Source: an uncultured Rhodospirillaceae bacterium (GTDB taxonomy: Bacteria > Pseudomonadota > Alphaproteobacteria > Rhodospirillales > Defluviicoccaceae). Taken from it: a DNA stretch of 64,000 nucleotides. The position numbers were made by a program, and so were the translations under genes. The stretch covers positions 29,723 to 93,722 of the forward strand of contig CAZUDB010000002.1 of assembly GCA_964619055.1 (NCBI GenBank). The letters are read 5' to 3'. Shown here piece by piece: positions 12,415-21,825 of this stretch (positions are counted from its first letter, which is position 1; each line of letters opens with the position of its first letter). Below the pieces are notes generated by a model. That model was not told the DNA's origin. It searched no databases and was given only the letters and a program-made list of their open reading frames with translations.

Positions 12415-13910
12415 CGCGCGGCCTCCGCGACCAAGCGGCGCGTCTCGGCGGCGTCGTCGAAGGGGAGGACCTGATCGCCGACAATCTGACCGGTCTCATG
12501 GCCCTTGCCGGCGACAACCAGCAGGTCGCCCGCGCGAAGGGCGTCGATGGCGTGGGCAATAGCTTGAGACCTGTCGGCGATCTCCAGGGCGCTGGGGCAG
12601 GCGGCGAGAATCTGGCGACGGATTGTCCCGGCGTCCTCGGTGCGCGGATTGTCGTCGGTAACGATGCAAGCGTCAGCCAGCGCCGCCGCGATGGCGCCCA
12701 TCTCCGGACGCTTGCCCGCGTCGCGATCACCCCCGCACCCGAACACGACCGACAACCGGCCGGCGGTATGCGGGCGAAGCGCCGTCAACACTGTCGCCAG
12801 CGCATCGGGGGTGTGGGCATAGTCAACATAGACGGCAGCACCGTTGGCCAGCACGGCCGTCCGCTCGACCCTGCCCGGAACTGGAGCCAGCGACGGTAAG
12901 GTTGCCGTCGCCTCCGGCGGCTTGGCCCCGGTCGCCAGCGCCAGCGCGAGTGCACAGAGGACGTTCGAGACTTGAAAGTCCCCTACCAGCGGCACTGTCA
13001 CCGTCGTGGTATGGTCAAGGACCCGCAGGTCCAACGCTTGGCCTTCCGGGCCCGGTCGGGCCGCCGTAGCGCGAACGTGAGTGCCATGCCATCCGTAGCT
13101 CAGTACGGATAGCCCCCGCTCGGTCGCCGACGCAGCGAAGGGGAGCGCGTGCTCGCTGTCGGCGTTCACGACACACCCGCCATCGTCGGCGAGCAGCTCG
13201 CGGACTAGACGCAGCTTGGCGTCGCGGTAGGCCGTCATGGTACCGTGGTAGTCCAAGTGATCCCTGGACAGGTTGGTGAAGGCCGCCGCTTTGATCAGGA
13301 CACCATCCAGGCGGTACTGATCAAGTCCGTGGCTGGACGCCTCCAGGGCGAGATGATCGACGCCGCATTCGGCAAGTTGCGCGAGCGTGGCGTGGAGAGA
13401 CACGGGATCGGGCGTCGTCAGGCTGCCGCGGATGTCCATATCCGGCGCCTGTATCCCAAGCGTACCGAGGCCGGCGGAACGATGGCCGAGCAGGCTCCAG
13501 ATCTGACGCAGGAGCCACACCACGGAGGTCTTACCATTCGTGCCCGTAACGGCGGCGACGGTTGCAGGCTGCCGCTTGTAAAACCGCGCGGCCATTAGCG
13601 CCAGCCGGCGTCTGGGCTCGGTGTCTTCGATGATGGGGACGGTGAGCCCAGGTGGGCAAACCGTCCCCTTTGACGTCAGCACCGCTGCGGCGCCGCGTGA
13701 AACGGCATCGGAAATGAAAGCCCGCCCGTCATGGTGGGTGCCGGGCAATGCCGCGAACAGCCAACCCGGGCGAACCGCGCGAGAATCGGCTGTTAGCCCG
13801 GCCACATCGACGCTGACGTCATGACTCAGAGTTGCCTTGCCATCCGCGATGGCAAATTCCTCATCTTGCAGCAGCTCACTCAAATCCAACCCGTCGCCCC
13901 CTGGTGTCAT
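12411..13910 (-). CDS. murE: UDP-N-acetylmuramoyl-L-alanyl-D-glutamate--2,6-diaminopimelate ligase
   Basis: ORF 12411..14045 was trimmed to MTPGGDGLDLSELL at 13910, which overlaps the ftsI 3' end by 35 nt. P-loop GTNGKTSV and a DNPR motif (TDDNPRTED, typical of meso-DAP-adding MurE) are present. Confidence 0.85.
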   Translation of the reverse strand: MTPGGDGLDLSELLQDEEFAIADGKATLSHDVSVDVAGLTADSRAVRPGWLFAALPGTHHDGRAFISDAVSRGAAAVLTSKGTVCPPGLTVPIIEDTEPRRRLALMAARFYKRQPATVAAVTGTNGKTSVVWLLRQIWSLLGHRSAGLGTLGIQAPDMDIRGSLTTPDPVSLHATLAQLAECGVDHLALEASSHGLDQYRLDGVLIKAAAFTNLSRDHLDYHGTMTAYRDAKLRLVRELLADDGGCVVNADSEHALPFAASATERGLSVLSYGWHGTHVRATAARPGPEGQALDLRVLDHTTTVTVPLVGDFQVSNVLCALALALATGAKPPEATATLPSLAPVPGRVERTAVLANGAAVYVDYAHTPDALATVLTALRPHTAGRLSVVFGCGGDRDAGKRPEMGAIAAALADACIVTDDNPRTEDAGTIRRQILAACPSALEIADRSQAIAHAIDALRAGDLLVVAGKGHETGQIVGDQVLPFDDAAETRRLVAEAAR

Positions 13911-15690
13911 TGATCGCCTGCTGCATGGACACCAGCACGGGGCGCTTGCGCGCGTTGGTCCGCGGACTGTTACGAGCCTCCAAGAGATCGGAGGCCGCCG
14001 GCTCAACACCCAACAGGGGCGCGATCCGAGCGCTGATGCTGCCAACCAACGGTGCTGCGACCCAGCCGCCGGTGGCGTAGTTATGGGTTTCTTTGGTTCC
14101 CTTGGGTTCGTCGAGCAGCGCCATCACCACGTAACGCGGAGCATCGATGGGAAACACGCCGATGAACGACGAAATCCGGGCGTCGCGGCGGTAGCGCCCA
14201 CCCACCTGCTTTTCCGCAGTGCCTGTTTTGCCGCCCAGCCGAAGCCCGACGATATCGGCTTTGCGGCCGGTGCCGCGCAGCACGACAAGGCGCATCAAGG
14301 CCCGCACCTGCTCGGACGTGGACGGCTGGAACACGCGTCGGCCGGGCTCCGGCTCGACAGATGTCATCGAGGCTTCCTGAAGGTAGGCCGACACCGGCGC
14401 CCGCCGCTGGATCAACGTGGGGTCGCGAAATACACCGCCGTTGGCCACCGCGGCGAAGGCCGCCGTGAGTTGAAGCGGGCTGACCGCGATGCCGTGTCCG
14501 AATCCAATTGTCATCGTGTTGACGTCACGCCAGGTCTTGGGGACAAGGGGTTCACCAACCTCCGGCAGTTCCACTGCGGCCGGCGTTAACAAACCAAGAT
14601 CACCAAGGTACTTGCGCTGGAGGGAGGAGCCCACGTCAAGGGCCATATGTGCGGCGCCAATATTCGATGAATGAACAAGGATTTCCGGAACCGACAACCA
14701 CTTGTTCTGTGCGTGGAAGTCTCGGATACTATATCTTGAGACGCGAATCGGACGGCTCGCGTCATAGCCGCTCTCGAGCGACGTGACGCCGCTGTCGAGT
14801 GCCATGGCGGCCGTCAGCACCTTGAAGGTGGAACCGAGTTCGTAGACACCCTGAGCCGCGCGATTGAAGCGGGTGTCGTCAGGCGCATCCCCCGGCGCGT
14901 TGGGATCGAAGTCTGGCAGAGAGACCATGGCCATCACGGCGCCGGTACGGGCATCTAGCACGATGCCGGTGCCGCCGATAGCGCGAAACATTTTGACGGC
15001 TGCCGCCAGTTCCGCGCGAACGATGCTCTGGATTCGAATGTCGAGCGTCAAGGGCAAGGCATGCCCATTTGCCAGGGAGGAGCCAAACATTCGCTCCACA
15101 CCGGCAAGGCCGGTGTTGTCCACGTCGCAGAAGCCGAGGATATGGGCGGCCAGCGATCCTTGCGGATAGACCCGCCGTTCATCGGCCTGAAAGGCGATTC
15201 CCGGCAGGCCCAGGCGGTTGACGGCGAACTGCTCTTTGGGCGTGAGGTGACGCTTTATGTAGACAAACCGGCCCTGCCCCCGCAACCGCTCGGCCAGGAC
15301 CGACCGGTCAACGCCAGTGAGCACCCGAACCAAAGCGTCTGCCGCTTCATCGGCATCCAGGACTTCCTCCGGGTCCGCATACAGCGAGGCGGTCGGCAGG
15401 CTGGTGGCCAGGACAATGCCATTGCGATCAAGAATGTCGGCACGGATCATGCCGCCGCTTTCGGCATGGCCAGCCCTGGGATGTTCGAGCGGCCCGTCAA
15501 TCGTTACCTCGATCAGTCGTCCGGCAACGACCAGGAACGCCATGGCGAACACCATGCCGACCACGAGCAGTCGGCTGCGGGCCACGTCCAACGCCTTGGC
15601 GCGCAGTCCGTCGAGCCGAATGGCCTGGCGCTGGCCGCTGGACTGAAGGGATGGCGCCGGGTGGAACGCGTCGGGCGTTGGTCTCGTCAT
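13876..15690 (-). CDS. ftsI: Peptidoglycan D,D-transpeptidase FtsI (PBP3, class B PBP)
   Basis: 604 aa with an N-terminal TM, a PBP dimerisation region and a transpeptidase domain carrying STFK (ELGSTFKVLT), SSN (HSSNIGA) and KTGT motifs. Confidence 0.92.
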   Translation of the reverse strand: MTRPTPDAFHPAPSLQSSGQRQAIRLDGLRAKALDVARSRLLVVGMVFAMAFLVVAGRLIEVTIDGPLEHPRAGHAESGGMIRADILDRNGIVLATSLPTASLYADPEEVLDADEAADALVRVLTGVDRSVLAERLRGQGRFVYIKRHLTPKEQFAVNRLGLPGIAFQADERRVYPQGSLAAHILGFCDVDNTGLAGVERMFGSSLANGHALPLTLDIRIQSIVRAELAAAVKMFRAIGGTGIVLDARTGAVMAMVSLPDFDPNAPGDAPDDTRFNRAAQGVYELGSTFKVLTAAMALDSGVTSLESGYDASRPIRVSRYSIRDFHAQNKWLSVPEILVHSSNIGAAHMALDVGSSLQRKYLGDLGLLTPAAVELPEVGEPLVPKTWRDVNTMTIGFGHGIAVSPLQLTAAFAAVANGGVFRDPTLIQRRAPVSAYLQEASMTSVEPEPGRRVFQPSTSEQVRALMRLVVLRGTGRKADIVGLRLGGKTGTAEKQVGGRYRRDARISSFIGVFPIDAPRYVVMALLDEPKGTKETHNYATGGWVAAPLVGSISARIAPLLGVEPAASDLLEARNSPRTNARKRPVLVSMQQAINDTRGRRVGFE

Positions 15691-16103
15691 TGATCCGATC
15701 TCCGATATGCGGCCGACCGCGCCGGTTCGGCGGTGGAGCGTGGTGGCCCGGCCAGGGGAATCCGTGGGTCGGATTCGGCTAGGGGTCCTTCGGCTTCGAT
15801 CTCGGCCTCGACCGGCGGCACGAGGGCATAGAACGAGGCCACTTGGTCAGGGCGGATGGGTTGCAGATCCAGATGGAGACGGGCCAGTCGGCGAAGCCGG
15901 TCCGGATCATTCAGGTGGGTCCATTCGGCACGCAGCACATGGATGGCCCGTCGCTCGCTTAACACTGCCGCTTCAAGAGCATCGGCGCGGTCGGCAAGAC
16001 CCTGCACCGCTGCCTTTACAGAAAATAGAATGGCGGCGAGCGCGATGGCGACGACCACGAACAGAGCGGTCGTTCTGCGCACCAACGTCGTCCAGGCGCT
16101 CAT
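15687..16103 (-). CDS. ftsL: Cell division protein FtsL-like (small bitopic membrane protein)
   Basis: ORF 15687..16247 was trimmed to MSAWTTLVRRTTALFVVVAIALAAILF at 16103 (ATGA overlap with the rsmH stop). It has a single TM followed by a helical region. The call rests mainly on its position between rsmH and ftsI. Confidence 0.6.
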   Translation of the reverse strand: MSAWTTLVRRTTALFVVVAIALAAILFSVKAAVQGLADRADALEAAVLSERRAIHVLRAEWTHLNDPDRLRRLARLHLDLQPIRPDQVASFYALVPPVEAEIEAEGPLAESDPRIPLAGPPRSTAEPARSAAYRRSDQ

Positions 16104-17107
16104 GACCGCCTCCCGGGTGTGGCCTCGGGCGTTGCGAGGCCGTGGCTCGCGGGCGTCCAAGCCGCCGCGGACGTCCGTTCCGCCGCTCGCAGTCGTGCCG
16201 AGCGTGCACGGGGGTTTTGCTGAACCTCCGCAGCTGACGGCTTCCACACACCACGACGGAGCAAGCGGAAGGTGGGCGGTGGCGCAGAGGCGGGCTCAGC
16301 TTCCGGCAAGTGGCGCGAGCGACCCGGCGTCATGTGGGCTCGGACGCGCAGAAAATCCTTCACGCGGCGATCCTCCAGCGAATGGTAGGACACGACCGCC
16401 AAGCGGCCGCCGGGCGCCAGGATCCGCTCGGCCGCATCCAGGCCGCGATCGAGTTCGCCCAGTTCGTCGTTGACGTAAATGCGGAGCGCCTGAAACGTCC
16501 GGGTGGCTGAATCGATGGGGCCCGACGAGAATCCGATGGCGCGATGAACGATATCGGCGAGCTGCGCGGTTGTTCGGATTGGCGCCGCTTGCCGAGCGCG
16601 GACGATTGCCGCGGCGATCCGCCGCGATGCCCGCTCCTCCCCGTAGCGCCAGATCAGCGACGCCAATTCACCCTCGTCGGCAAGCGCGACCACATCCGCG
16701 GCCGGTTCGCCGACACGCGGGTCCATGCGCATGTCCAGCGGGCCGTCGCGGCGGAAGGAAAAGCCGCGTTCCGACACCTCCATCTGATCCGATGAGACGC
16801 CAAGATCGAAGGCCACGCCATCGACGGCATGCACGCCCTGTTCGGCGAGCAGACGATCCAATTCCCCGAAGCGGCCGGACAGCAGTGCCAATCGCCCACC
16901 ATGGCGACGAAGCAAACCCGCAGCGCGGCCATGCGCATCCGGGTCGCGATCGATTCCCCACACTTGAGCCGCGCCCGCCGCCAGGATTGCCTCGGCGTAG
17001 CCGCCATCACCGAAGGTGGCGTCTGTAACGGTGGCGCCGGGGCGGACCGCGAGGGCGGAGACGATCTCGGCAACCATCACCGGCAGGTGGATGGCCGTGG
17101 CGATCAT
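16100..17107 (-). CDS. rsmH: 16S rRNA (cytosine1402-N4)-methyltransferase
   Basis: 335 aa with HLPVMVAEIV, DATFGDGGY (SAM binding) and DLGVSSDQ motifs typical of MraW/RsmH. Confidence 0.92.
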   Translation of the reverse strand: MIATAIHLPVMVAEIVSALAVRPGATVTDATFGDGGYAEAILAAGAAQVWGIDRDPDAHGRAAGLLRRHGGRLALLSGRFGELDRLLAEQGVHAVDGVAFDLGVSSDQMEVSERGFSFRRDGPLDMRMDPRVGEPAADVVALADEGELASLIWRYGEERASRRIAAAIVRARQAAPIRTTAQLADIVHRAIGFSSGPIDSATRTFQALRIYVNDELGELDRGLDAAERILAPGGRLAVVSYHSLEDRRVKDFLRVRAHMTPGRSRHLPEAEPASAPPPTFRLLRRGVWKPSAAEVQQNPRARSARLRAAERTSAAAWTPASHGLATPEATPGRRS

Positions 17108-17589
17108 CGCTCACTGCTTCCCGAGCCAAGGGGCAGCGTCGCGCCGCGCTCGCGGGCACGGCTGAATGCCTCCTGCCGGCGAAGGTCGTAGGCGCCGGGA
17201 TTCCAGATCTGCAGCCGCCGGCCGCGGCCCACGAACAATGCCTCAGCGTCGAGGGCCGCGTGCTCAATCAAGTCCGCCGGCAGGACAATCCGCCCCTCGG
17301 GATCGAATGGCAGCGGATGGGCACTTTCCAGAACGATAACGTTCAAGTCGTCGCCGTCGTCGGAGAACAAGTCCTGATTGTCGATGCTGTCGGCAATCCG
17401 CGCCATGTCGGCTTCGCTGCACCCTTCGATGGCCGGCCCCTTAAAGGACGGAAAGGCATAAATGCCAGTAAAAGCTTGCGGCTCGCGCGGGGTGAGGTCG
17501 CGGGCAAAGGCCTCCCGAAAGGGCTTGGGCACCGAGACCCGCCCCTTGCGATCGATCCTATTGATGTGACGGCCGACAAGAAGTGCCAT
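17104..17589 (-). CDS. mraZ: Transcriptional regulator MraZ
   Basis: ORF 17104..17727 was trimmed to MALLVGRHINRIDRKGRVSVP at 17589. It has two SpoVT/AbrB-like halves (DRKGRVSVP and DPEGRIVLP) and is the first gene of the dcw cluster. Confidence 0.85.
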   Translation of the reverse strand: MALLVGRHINRIDRKGRVSVPKPFREAFARDLTPREPQAFTGIYAFPSFKGPAIEGCSEADMARIADSIDNQDLFSDDGDDLNVIVLESAHPLPFDPEGRIVLPADLIEHAALDAEALFVGRGRRLQIWNPGAYDLRRQEAFSRARERGATLPLGSGSSER

Positions 17590-17707
17590 CCCGGCCCTGC
17601 CTGAGTCCCATTCCGAATGCCCGCGTTCGTGCGCCCGCTTTTTGAACAGTGGGCTGCCGAGGTGGCACTCGGTTCTCGCCAAAAGGGTATTGTCGTTTGG
17701 GATATCA

Positions 17708-17732
17708 TGGGATTTTTTGGGCGTCAATGGGA
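17708..17732. promoter_or_regulatory. Putative MraZ operator: three TGGGN repeats with 5-nt spacers
   Basis: The plus strand reads TGGGA-ttttt-TGGGC-gtcaa-TGGGA (17708-17732), about 120-140 nt upstream of the mraZ start. Further TGGGT (17759) and TGGGA (17829) copies follow. The spacing matches the TGGGN-N5 repeat operator described for E. coli MraZ. The orientation relative to the gene is uncertain. Confidence 0.4.
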
Positions 17733-18032
17733 TTAATTGAAAAAATCAAGAAAACAGATGGGTAAGAGAGAAGAATCTCACGGTTGAGTAAGAGATTGAT
17801 CGAACGGGGGCCATAGATCTCGAAACGGTGGGATAGTATTCGCCCTGTGCGATCGGTCGAAGGAACCGCGAATGTTAAGAGGCAATTAACATCTGCGTTC
17901 GTTCATTTTATGTTCTTGTTTTGATCCAAAATTGGCGGTCGTTGACATCGAGGGCGGCGGCCGCGATCGCCGTCGATTGTCGCGACTCAAACGTGCGTGT
18001 GCGCTTGACCAGCGGCCCGTGGGATCTCGAGT

Positions 18033-18444
18033 GGATGGGTCAGACGGCCTGTAAGCCGGGTTCTGTCCCCGCGATCGCCGCGGGGGATGGCCATTCATCT
18101 GGGACGTCCGTTGCCGAACGCCTCGCGCGACCGACCCGGACGGCGGCTCGAAAACTCGCCTGCCGGTGAACCGGCGTGCCGTCCCTACTTGGTCTTGCTC
18201 CCGGTGGGGTTTACCATGCCGTCGCCGTTACCGGCGGCGCGGTGCGCTCTTACCGCACCTTTTCACCCTTGCCGGCAGCCGTTCCGATCGCCGTGGAACG
18301 GGTGCAGGCGGTTTGCTTTCTGTGGCACTTTCCCTGGGGTCGCCCCCGCCGGGCGTTACCCGGCACCGTGTTTCCGTGGAGCCCGGACTTTCCTCCCCCG
18401 CCTTGTCACAGGCGAAGGCGACCATCCGGCCGTCTGACCCGAGC
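18033..18444 (-). ncRNA. rnpB: RNase P RNA, bacterial type A
   Basis: The reverse complement contains the universal elements GGAGGAAAGTCCGGGCTCC, ACAGAAAGCAAACCGCC, GGTAAGAGCGCACC, GGTAAACCCCACC, AGCAAGACCAAGTAGGG, AGATGAATGGCC and ACAGAACCCGGCTTACAGGCC. The P1 stem is formed by GGGTCAGACGGCC (18440-18428) pairing with GGCCGTCTGACCC (18049-18037). Confidence 0.93.
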
Positions 18445-18473
18445 CAAAAATGGTAACAGGTTCGACGACCGCG

Positions 18474-19169
18474 TCAATCATGCGTGCTCGGCGGTCGCTC
18501 AACCAGGGCAGCCAAGCCGTGGACGCGACGCGCCGTTTCAAAGTCGATGCGGCCGTTGACACGGCTGGGGCGAAAGTGACGCTGAAATGCGCGAACGGCG
18601 TGCGGAAGGTGGGACACATCGTAGCCGATCGTGGTCAAGTCTCGGCGTATCACATCCGGGTCCATGAGGCATGCATCGGCTTCCGCGGGCCAAAGGCCGA
18701 TGCCCGCCGCCGCCAGGGTCGGCCAATCGAACAACTCGCCCGGGTCTTTCTTCCGTGCCGGCGCCACATCCGAATGGCCGACCACGTTTCGCTCGGCAAT
18801 GGGCCACCGACCCAGGATATCGACACACAGATCGAGACACGCCGCCATTTGATTGTCGGGGAACGGCCGGTAGCCGAACTCGTGGCCCGGGTTGACCAGC
18901 TCGATTCCGATGGAGCGGGCATTGATGTCGCGATGTCCACGCCAGAAGGACACCCCGGCGTGCCAAGCCCGCAGGTTTTCGTCCACAAGTGCGAACAGCG
19001 TACCATCTTCATCGATCAGCCAGTGCGCGCTGACCTGGGCCTCGGGATCGCACAGGCGCGCGATGGCCGCGTCCGCCGACGTCATCCCCGTGTAGTGCAG
19101 CACGAGTGTGTCGACGAGCGCGCCGGGCGGACGGGTATCAAAGTTGGGAGAACGGATTTCGGTCATCAC
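18474..19169 (-). CDS. N-acetylmuramoyl-L-alanine amidase (AmpD/amidase_2 family) with C-terminal peptidoglycan-binding domain
   Basis: 231 aa with SPNFDTRP, LVLHYTGM, WHAGVSFWRG and IGIELVNPGHE motifs of AmpD-like zinc amidases. The C-terminal AVRAFQRHFRP...VNGRID resembles PG_binding_1. Confidence 0.8.
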   Translation of the reverse strand: MMTEIRSPNFDTRPPGALVDTLVLHYTGMTSADAAIARLCDPEAQVSAHWLIDEDGTLFALVDENLRAWHAGVSFWRGHRDINARSIGIELVNPGHEFGYRPFPDNQMAACLDLCVDILGRWPIAERNVVGHSDVAPARKKDPGELFDWPTLAAAGIGLWPAEADACLMDPDVIRRDLTTIGYDVSHLPHAVRAFQRHFRPSRVNGRIDFETARRVHGLAALVERPPSTHD

Positions 19170-19181
19170 CGCAGCGTCCGG

Positions 19182-20060
19182 TCAGGGGGCAGGGCGTCTT
19201 GCGACCGGCGATGAAGCGGGACGGAGGAACTGGATCATGGCAACGCCGCCGAGCGTCACAAGACCGCCGCCCACCGTCGCCCAGGTCAGCGGCTCATCGA
19301 GCAGCAGGGCGGCTAGACCGACGGCGAGGACCGGGGCCAAGAACGTGATCGGGACGACTTGGTTCACCGCGTGCTTTCCAATCAGGTAATACCACAATCC
19401 ATAGGCTGCGATCGACGACGCCACGGCTGTGTAAAAGACGGCGCCGTAGCCACGCCAATCGGCGCTGACGAGGGCCGCGATTTGCCCCTGCTCCAGCAGC
19501 AGGGACATCACCAGAAGCTGGGGCGCGGCAAGGAGTCCGAGCCACGCGCTTAAAACAAACGGGCGAATATCACCCAACCGTTTGATCAAAATGTTGGCGC
19601 CCGCCCACGCCGCTGCCGCAATGACCACCAACGTCAAGTGGCTGAGGCTTGGCGGCTCTGCTGGCGTGCCGGCCAGCAGCCAGATCCCCGAAAAGGCGAG
19701 ACCCATCCCGGCCATCTGCCAAGGACCGATCCGCTCCCCGTAGACAAGCCGTGCAAACAGGGTGCTGAACGGCACGCCGAGTTGGATAGCGATCGCCGCC
19801 GGGCCAGCATCCACGCCGGACAAGCCCACAAACAACAGCCCGAAATGGCAGCAGCCCAGAACGACCGACAACAAAAGCATCTGGCGAAAGCGTGACCCGA
19901 GCGGCCGCAGCCAGGGGATCAGGAGCAGCGCCACGAGTGAGAAACGCAGCGCTAGAAAAAACAAGGGCGGCATCTCGCCGACGCCCGTCTTCGCAACGAC
20001 GAAGTTGAGAGCCCAGATCAAAACAACGCTCCAGGCCGCCGTCCAGTCCAGAACGCTCAC
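19182..20060 (-). CDS. EamA/DMT-superfamily transporter
   Basis: 292 aa, about 10 TM segments in two EamA-like halves. Confidence 0.7.
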   Translation of the reverse strand: MSVLDWTAAWSVVLIWALNFVVAKTGVGEMPPLFFLALRFSLVALLLIPWLRPLGSRFRQMLLLSVVLGCCHFGLLFVGLSGVDAGPAAIAIQLGVPFSTLFARLVYGERIGPWQMAGMGLAFSGIWLLAGTPAEPPSLSHLTLVVIAAAAWAGANILIKRLGDIRPFVLSAWLGLLAAPQLLVMSLLLEQGQIAALVSADWRGYGAVFYTAVASSIAAYGLWYYLIGKHAVNQVVPITFLAPVLAVGLAALLLDEPLTWATVGGGLVTLGGVAMIQFLRPASSPVARRPAP

Positions 20061-20113
20061 TGCGCAAAGATCCCGCCGTTGGTGGGGAAGGCGCGAACCG
20101 CCATCTGGCAGAT

Positions 20114-20929
20114 CTAACGCAACTGGCGTTCTTTTTCGATCGCCTCATAGGCGGCGTTGATCGACGCCATTTTTTCGTTGGCGAGCTGCACGGCCTCCTC
20201 CGGGAGTCCTTTCGCCACCAGAATGTCCGGGTGGTTGAGACGGATCAGGCGCCGCCAGGCCTGCTTCACCTCATCGTTGGAGGCCGTTGGGGCCACTTCG
20301 AGCACTGAGTATGGGTCCAACGTCATGGTGGCATTGAACATGGCGCTGATCCGCTCGAATGGCCGACCGCCGAGTCCGAAGATATCTGCCACCTGCCGGA
20401 GGAACGCCATTTCGGCCGATGAAATCACGCCATCAGCCTTGGCAATGTGGAACAGGCCGGCCAGCAACTCCTCCAGCACCTGGGGCTCGCCGTGGAACAC
20501 GGTGGCGATCTGCTCGGCATAGGGTTCAAAGCCGTGAGCGTCGCGCTTGGCCTGATTAAAGATGGCGCCGACTGTCTTCAGGTCCTCCGGCGCAATCTGG
20601 AAGACATCCCGGAACGCATTAATCTCAGCGCGGGTCACACGGCCGTCGGCCTTGGCCATTTTGGCGGCGAGCACGACGATTCCGATCCCGAACGCGGTTC
20701 GACGGGCATCGGGACCACTGGCCCCGGGTGAACGTCGCGCCGGTCCGGGAGGATCGCCGGGTCCCCAGCCACCACCTTCGCCACGAAGAAGCTCTAGCGG
20801 GTCGGCCCCGACCTGTTCACTGCGAATCCGATCGTAGGCATGGCCCGCCACGCCGCCAATAACCGCACCCAGCGGGCCGCCGAGCCAGAACCCGCCGACG
20901 CCACCGATAACTTTGCCCCAAATGCTCAT
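20114..20929 (-). CDS. djlA: Co-chaperone DjlA (TM + TerB-like domain + C-terminal J domain)
   Basis: ORF 20114..21007 was trimmed to MSIWGKVIGGVGGFWLGGPLGAVIGG at 20929. The C-terminal J domain reads DPYSVLEVAPTASNDEVKQAWRRLIRLNHPD. Confidence 0.8.
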   Translation of the reverse strand: MSIWGKVIGGVGGFWLGGPLGAVIGGVAGHAYDRIRSEQVGADPLELLRGEGGGWGPGDPPGPARRSPGASGPDARRTAFGIGIVVLAAKMAKADGRVTRAEINAFRDVFQIAPEDLKTVGAIFNQAKRDAHGFEPYAEQIATVFHGEPQVLEELLAGLFHIAKADGVISSAEMAFLRQVADIFGLGGRPFERISAMFNATMTLDPYSVLEVAPTASNDEVKQAWRRLIRLNHPDILVAKGLPEEAVQLANEKMASINAAYEAIEKERQLR

Positions 20930-21186
20930 AACAGCCGCCGATATCAGCCGCCCAAGTCGGTGCGGGAAAGTCCCGCGTCCGATCGTTGCGCCCACATAGG
21001 CGGCCACTCACCATAGCCGGTCCCGCGCCCACAGCAAACCACGGTTGGCGATTCCGGTCGCGACCATGGTCCGGACACGCCTGCAGGCGCGCGAAGGGCA
21101 AAGTGCGCCAAGCATTGCGCAGCGCGCGATTCGATCAAACTTTCCCGGCAGTTGACGTCGCTTGAGAGCGCACCGGTGCAGTGCGG

Positions 21187-21825
21187 TTACGGGCGGTGAA
21201 GCTGGTTGTCGAGCACCTTGTCCTCGTAGGTCTGAACGACATCCTGCAGTTCGACGCGATAGGCGCCGATGAACGGCTCGCGATATCCTAGAACATCTCC
21301 GAAGCTGACCGATCGCAGTCGATCGAGAACCTCGTTGCCGACCCGGAACAGCTCCCCATTTGCGGCCTCGCAAGCCTCGAGTTGGCTGGTGGTTTCGGCC
21401 AAATCTGTGGTCAGTACTTGGCGTTCCACCTCCTTCTGGCGGGCCACGTCCGCCACCTCAGTGTACGCGATTTGCCACTTTTCGTTGTTTTCCAGAAGGG
21501 TGTTGCGATACTCACCTTCCTGCTTCATACGGTCGTTGAATTCCTTCAAAGCGGCCTCATAGCGCACCTCGACCTGAGCCACGCGGTTCTCGGCCGCGCG
21601 CGCAACGTCCTCGATGGATGCCTCCAGCTGTTGCACTTGGCTTTGCAAGGCGGTGCGCTCGTTTTGCAGTGTGGTCACCTGCGCATTGGCTTGGCGAAGG
21701 GCTTGTCGCAACCGCTGCTCCAGCTCCGATTGGGCGGTCACAGCGGCGGGCCAAGCCAACAGCCCGGCCAGCAGCACGGCAGCCGAAAGAAGTACCAACG
21801 GTCGCGAGAGCCTAGAAGCGCGCAT
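21187..21825 (-). CDS. Secreted coiled-coil protein of unknown function (last gene of the TonB/TpsB operon)
   Basis: 212 aa with a signal peptide (LVLLSAAVLLAGLLAWPAAVTAQ) followed by heptad-rich Q/E/R/L sequence. Its start overlaps the porin stop by 14 nt. Confidence 0.6.
   Translation of the reverse strand: MRASRLSRPLVLLSAAVLLAGLLAWPAAVTAQSELEQRLRQALRQANAQVTTLQNERTALQSQVQQLEASIEDVARAAENRVAQVEVRYEAALKEFNDRMKQEGEYRNTLLENNEKWQIAYTEVADVARQKEVERQVLTTDLAETTSQLEACEAANGELFRVGNEVLDRLRSVSFGDVLGYREPFIGAYRVELQDVVQTYEDKVLDNQLHRP

Noticed and set aside
17886-18619. ORF-track entries overlapping 18033-18444 on both strands.
   Set aside because: The region is RNase P RNA. The ORFs are artefacts of a structured GC-rich RNA gene.
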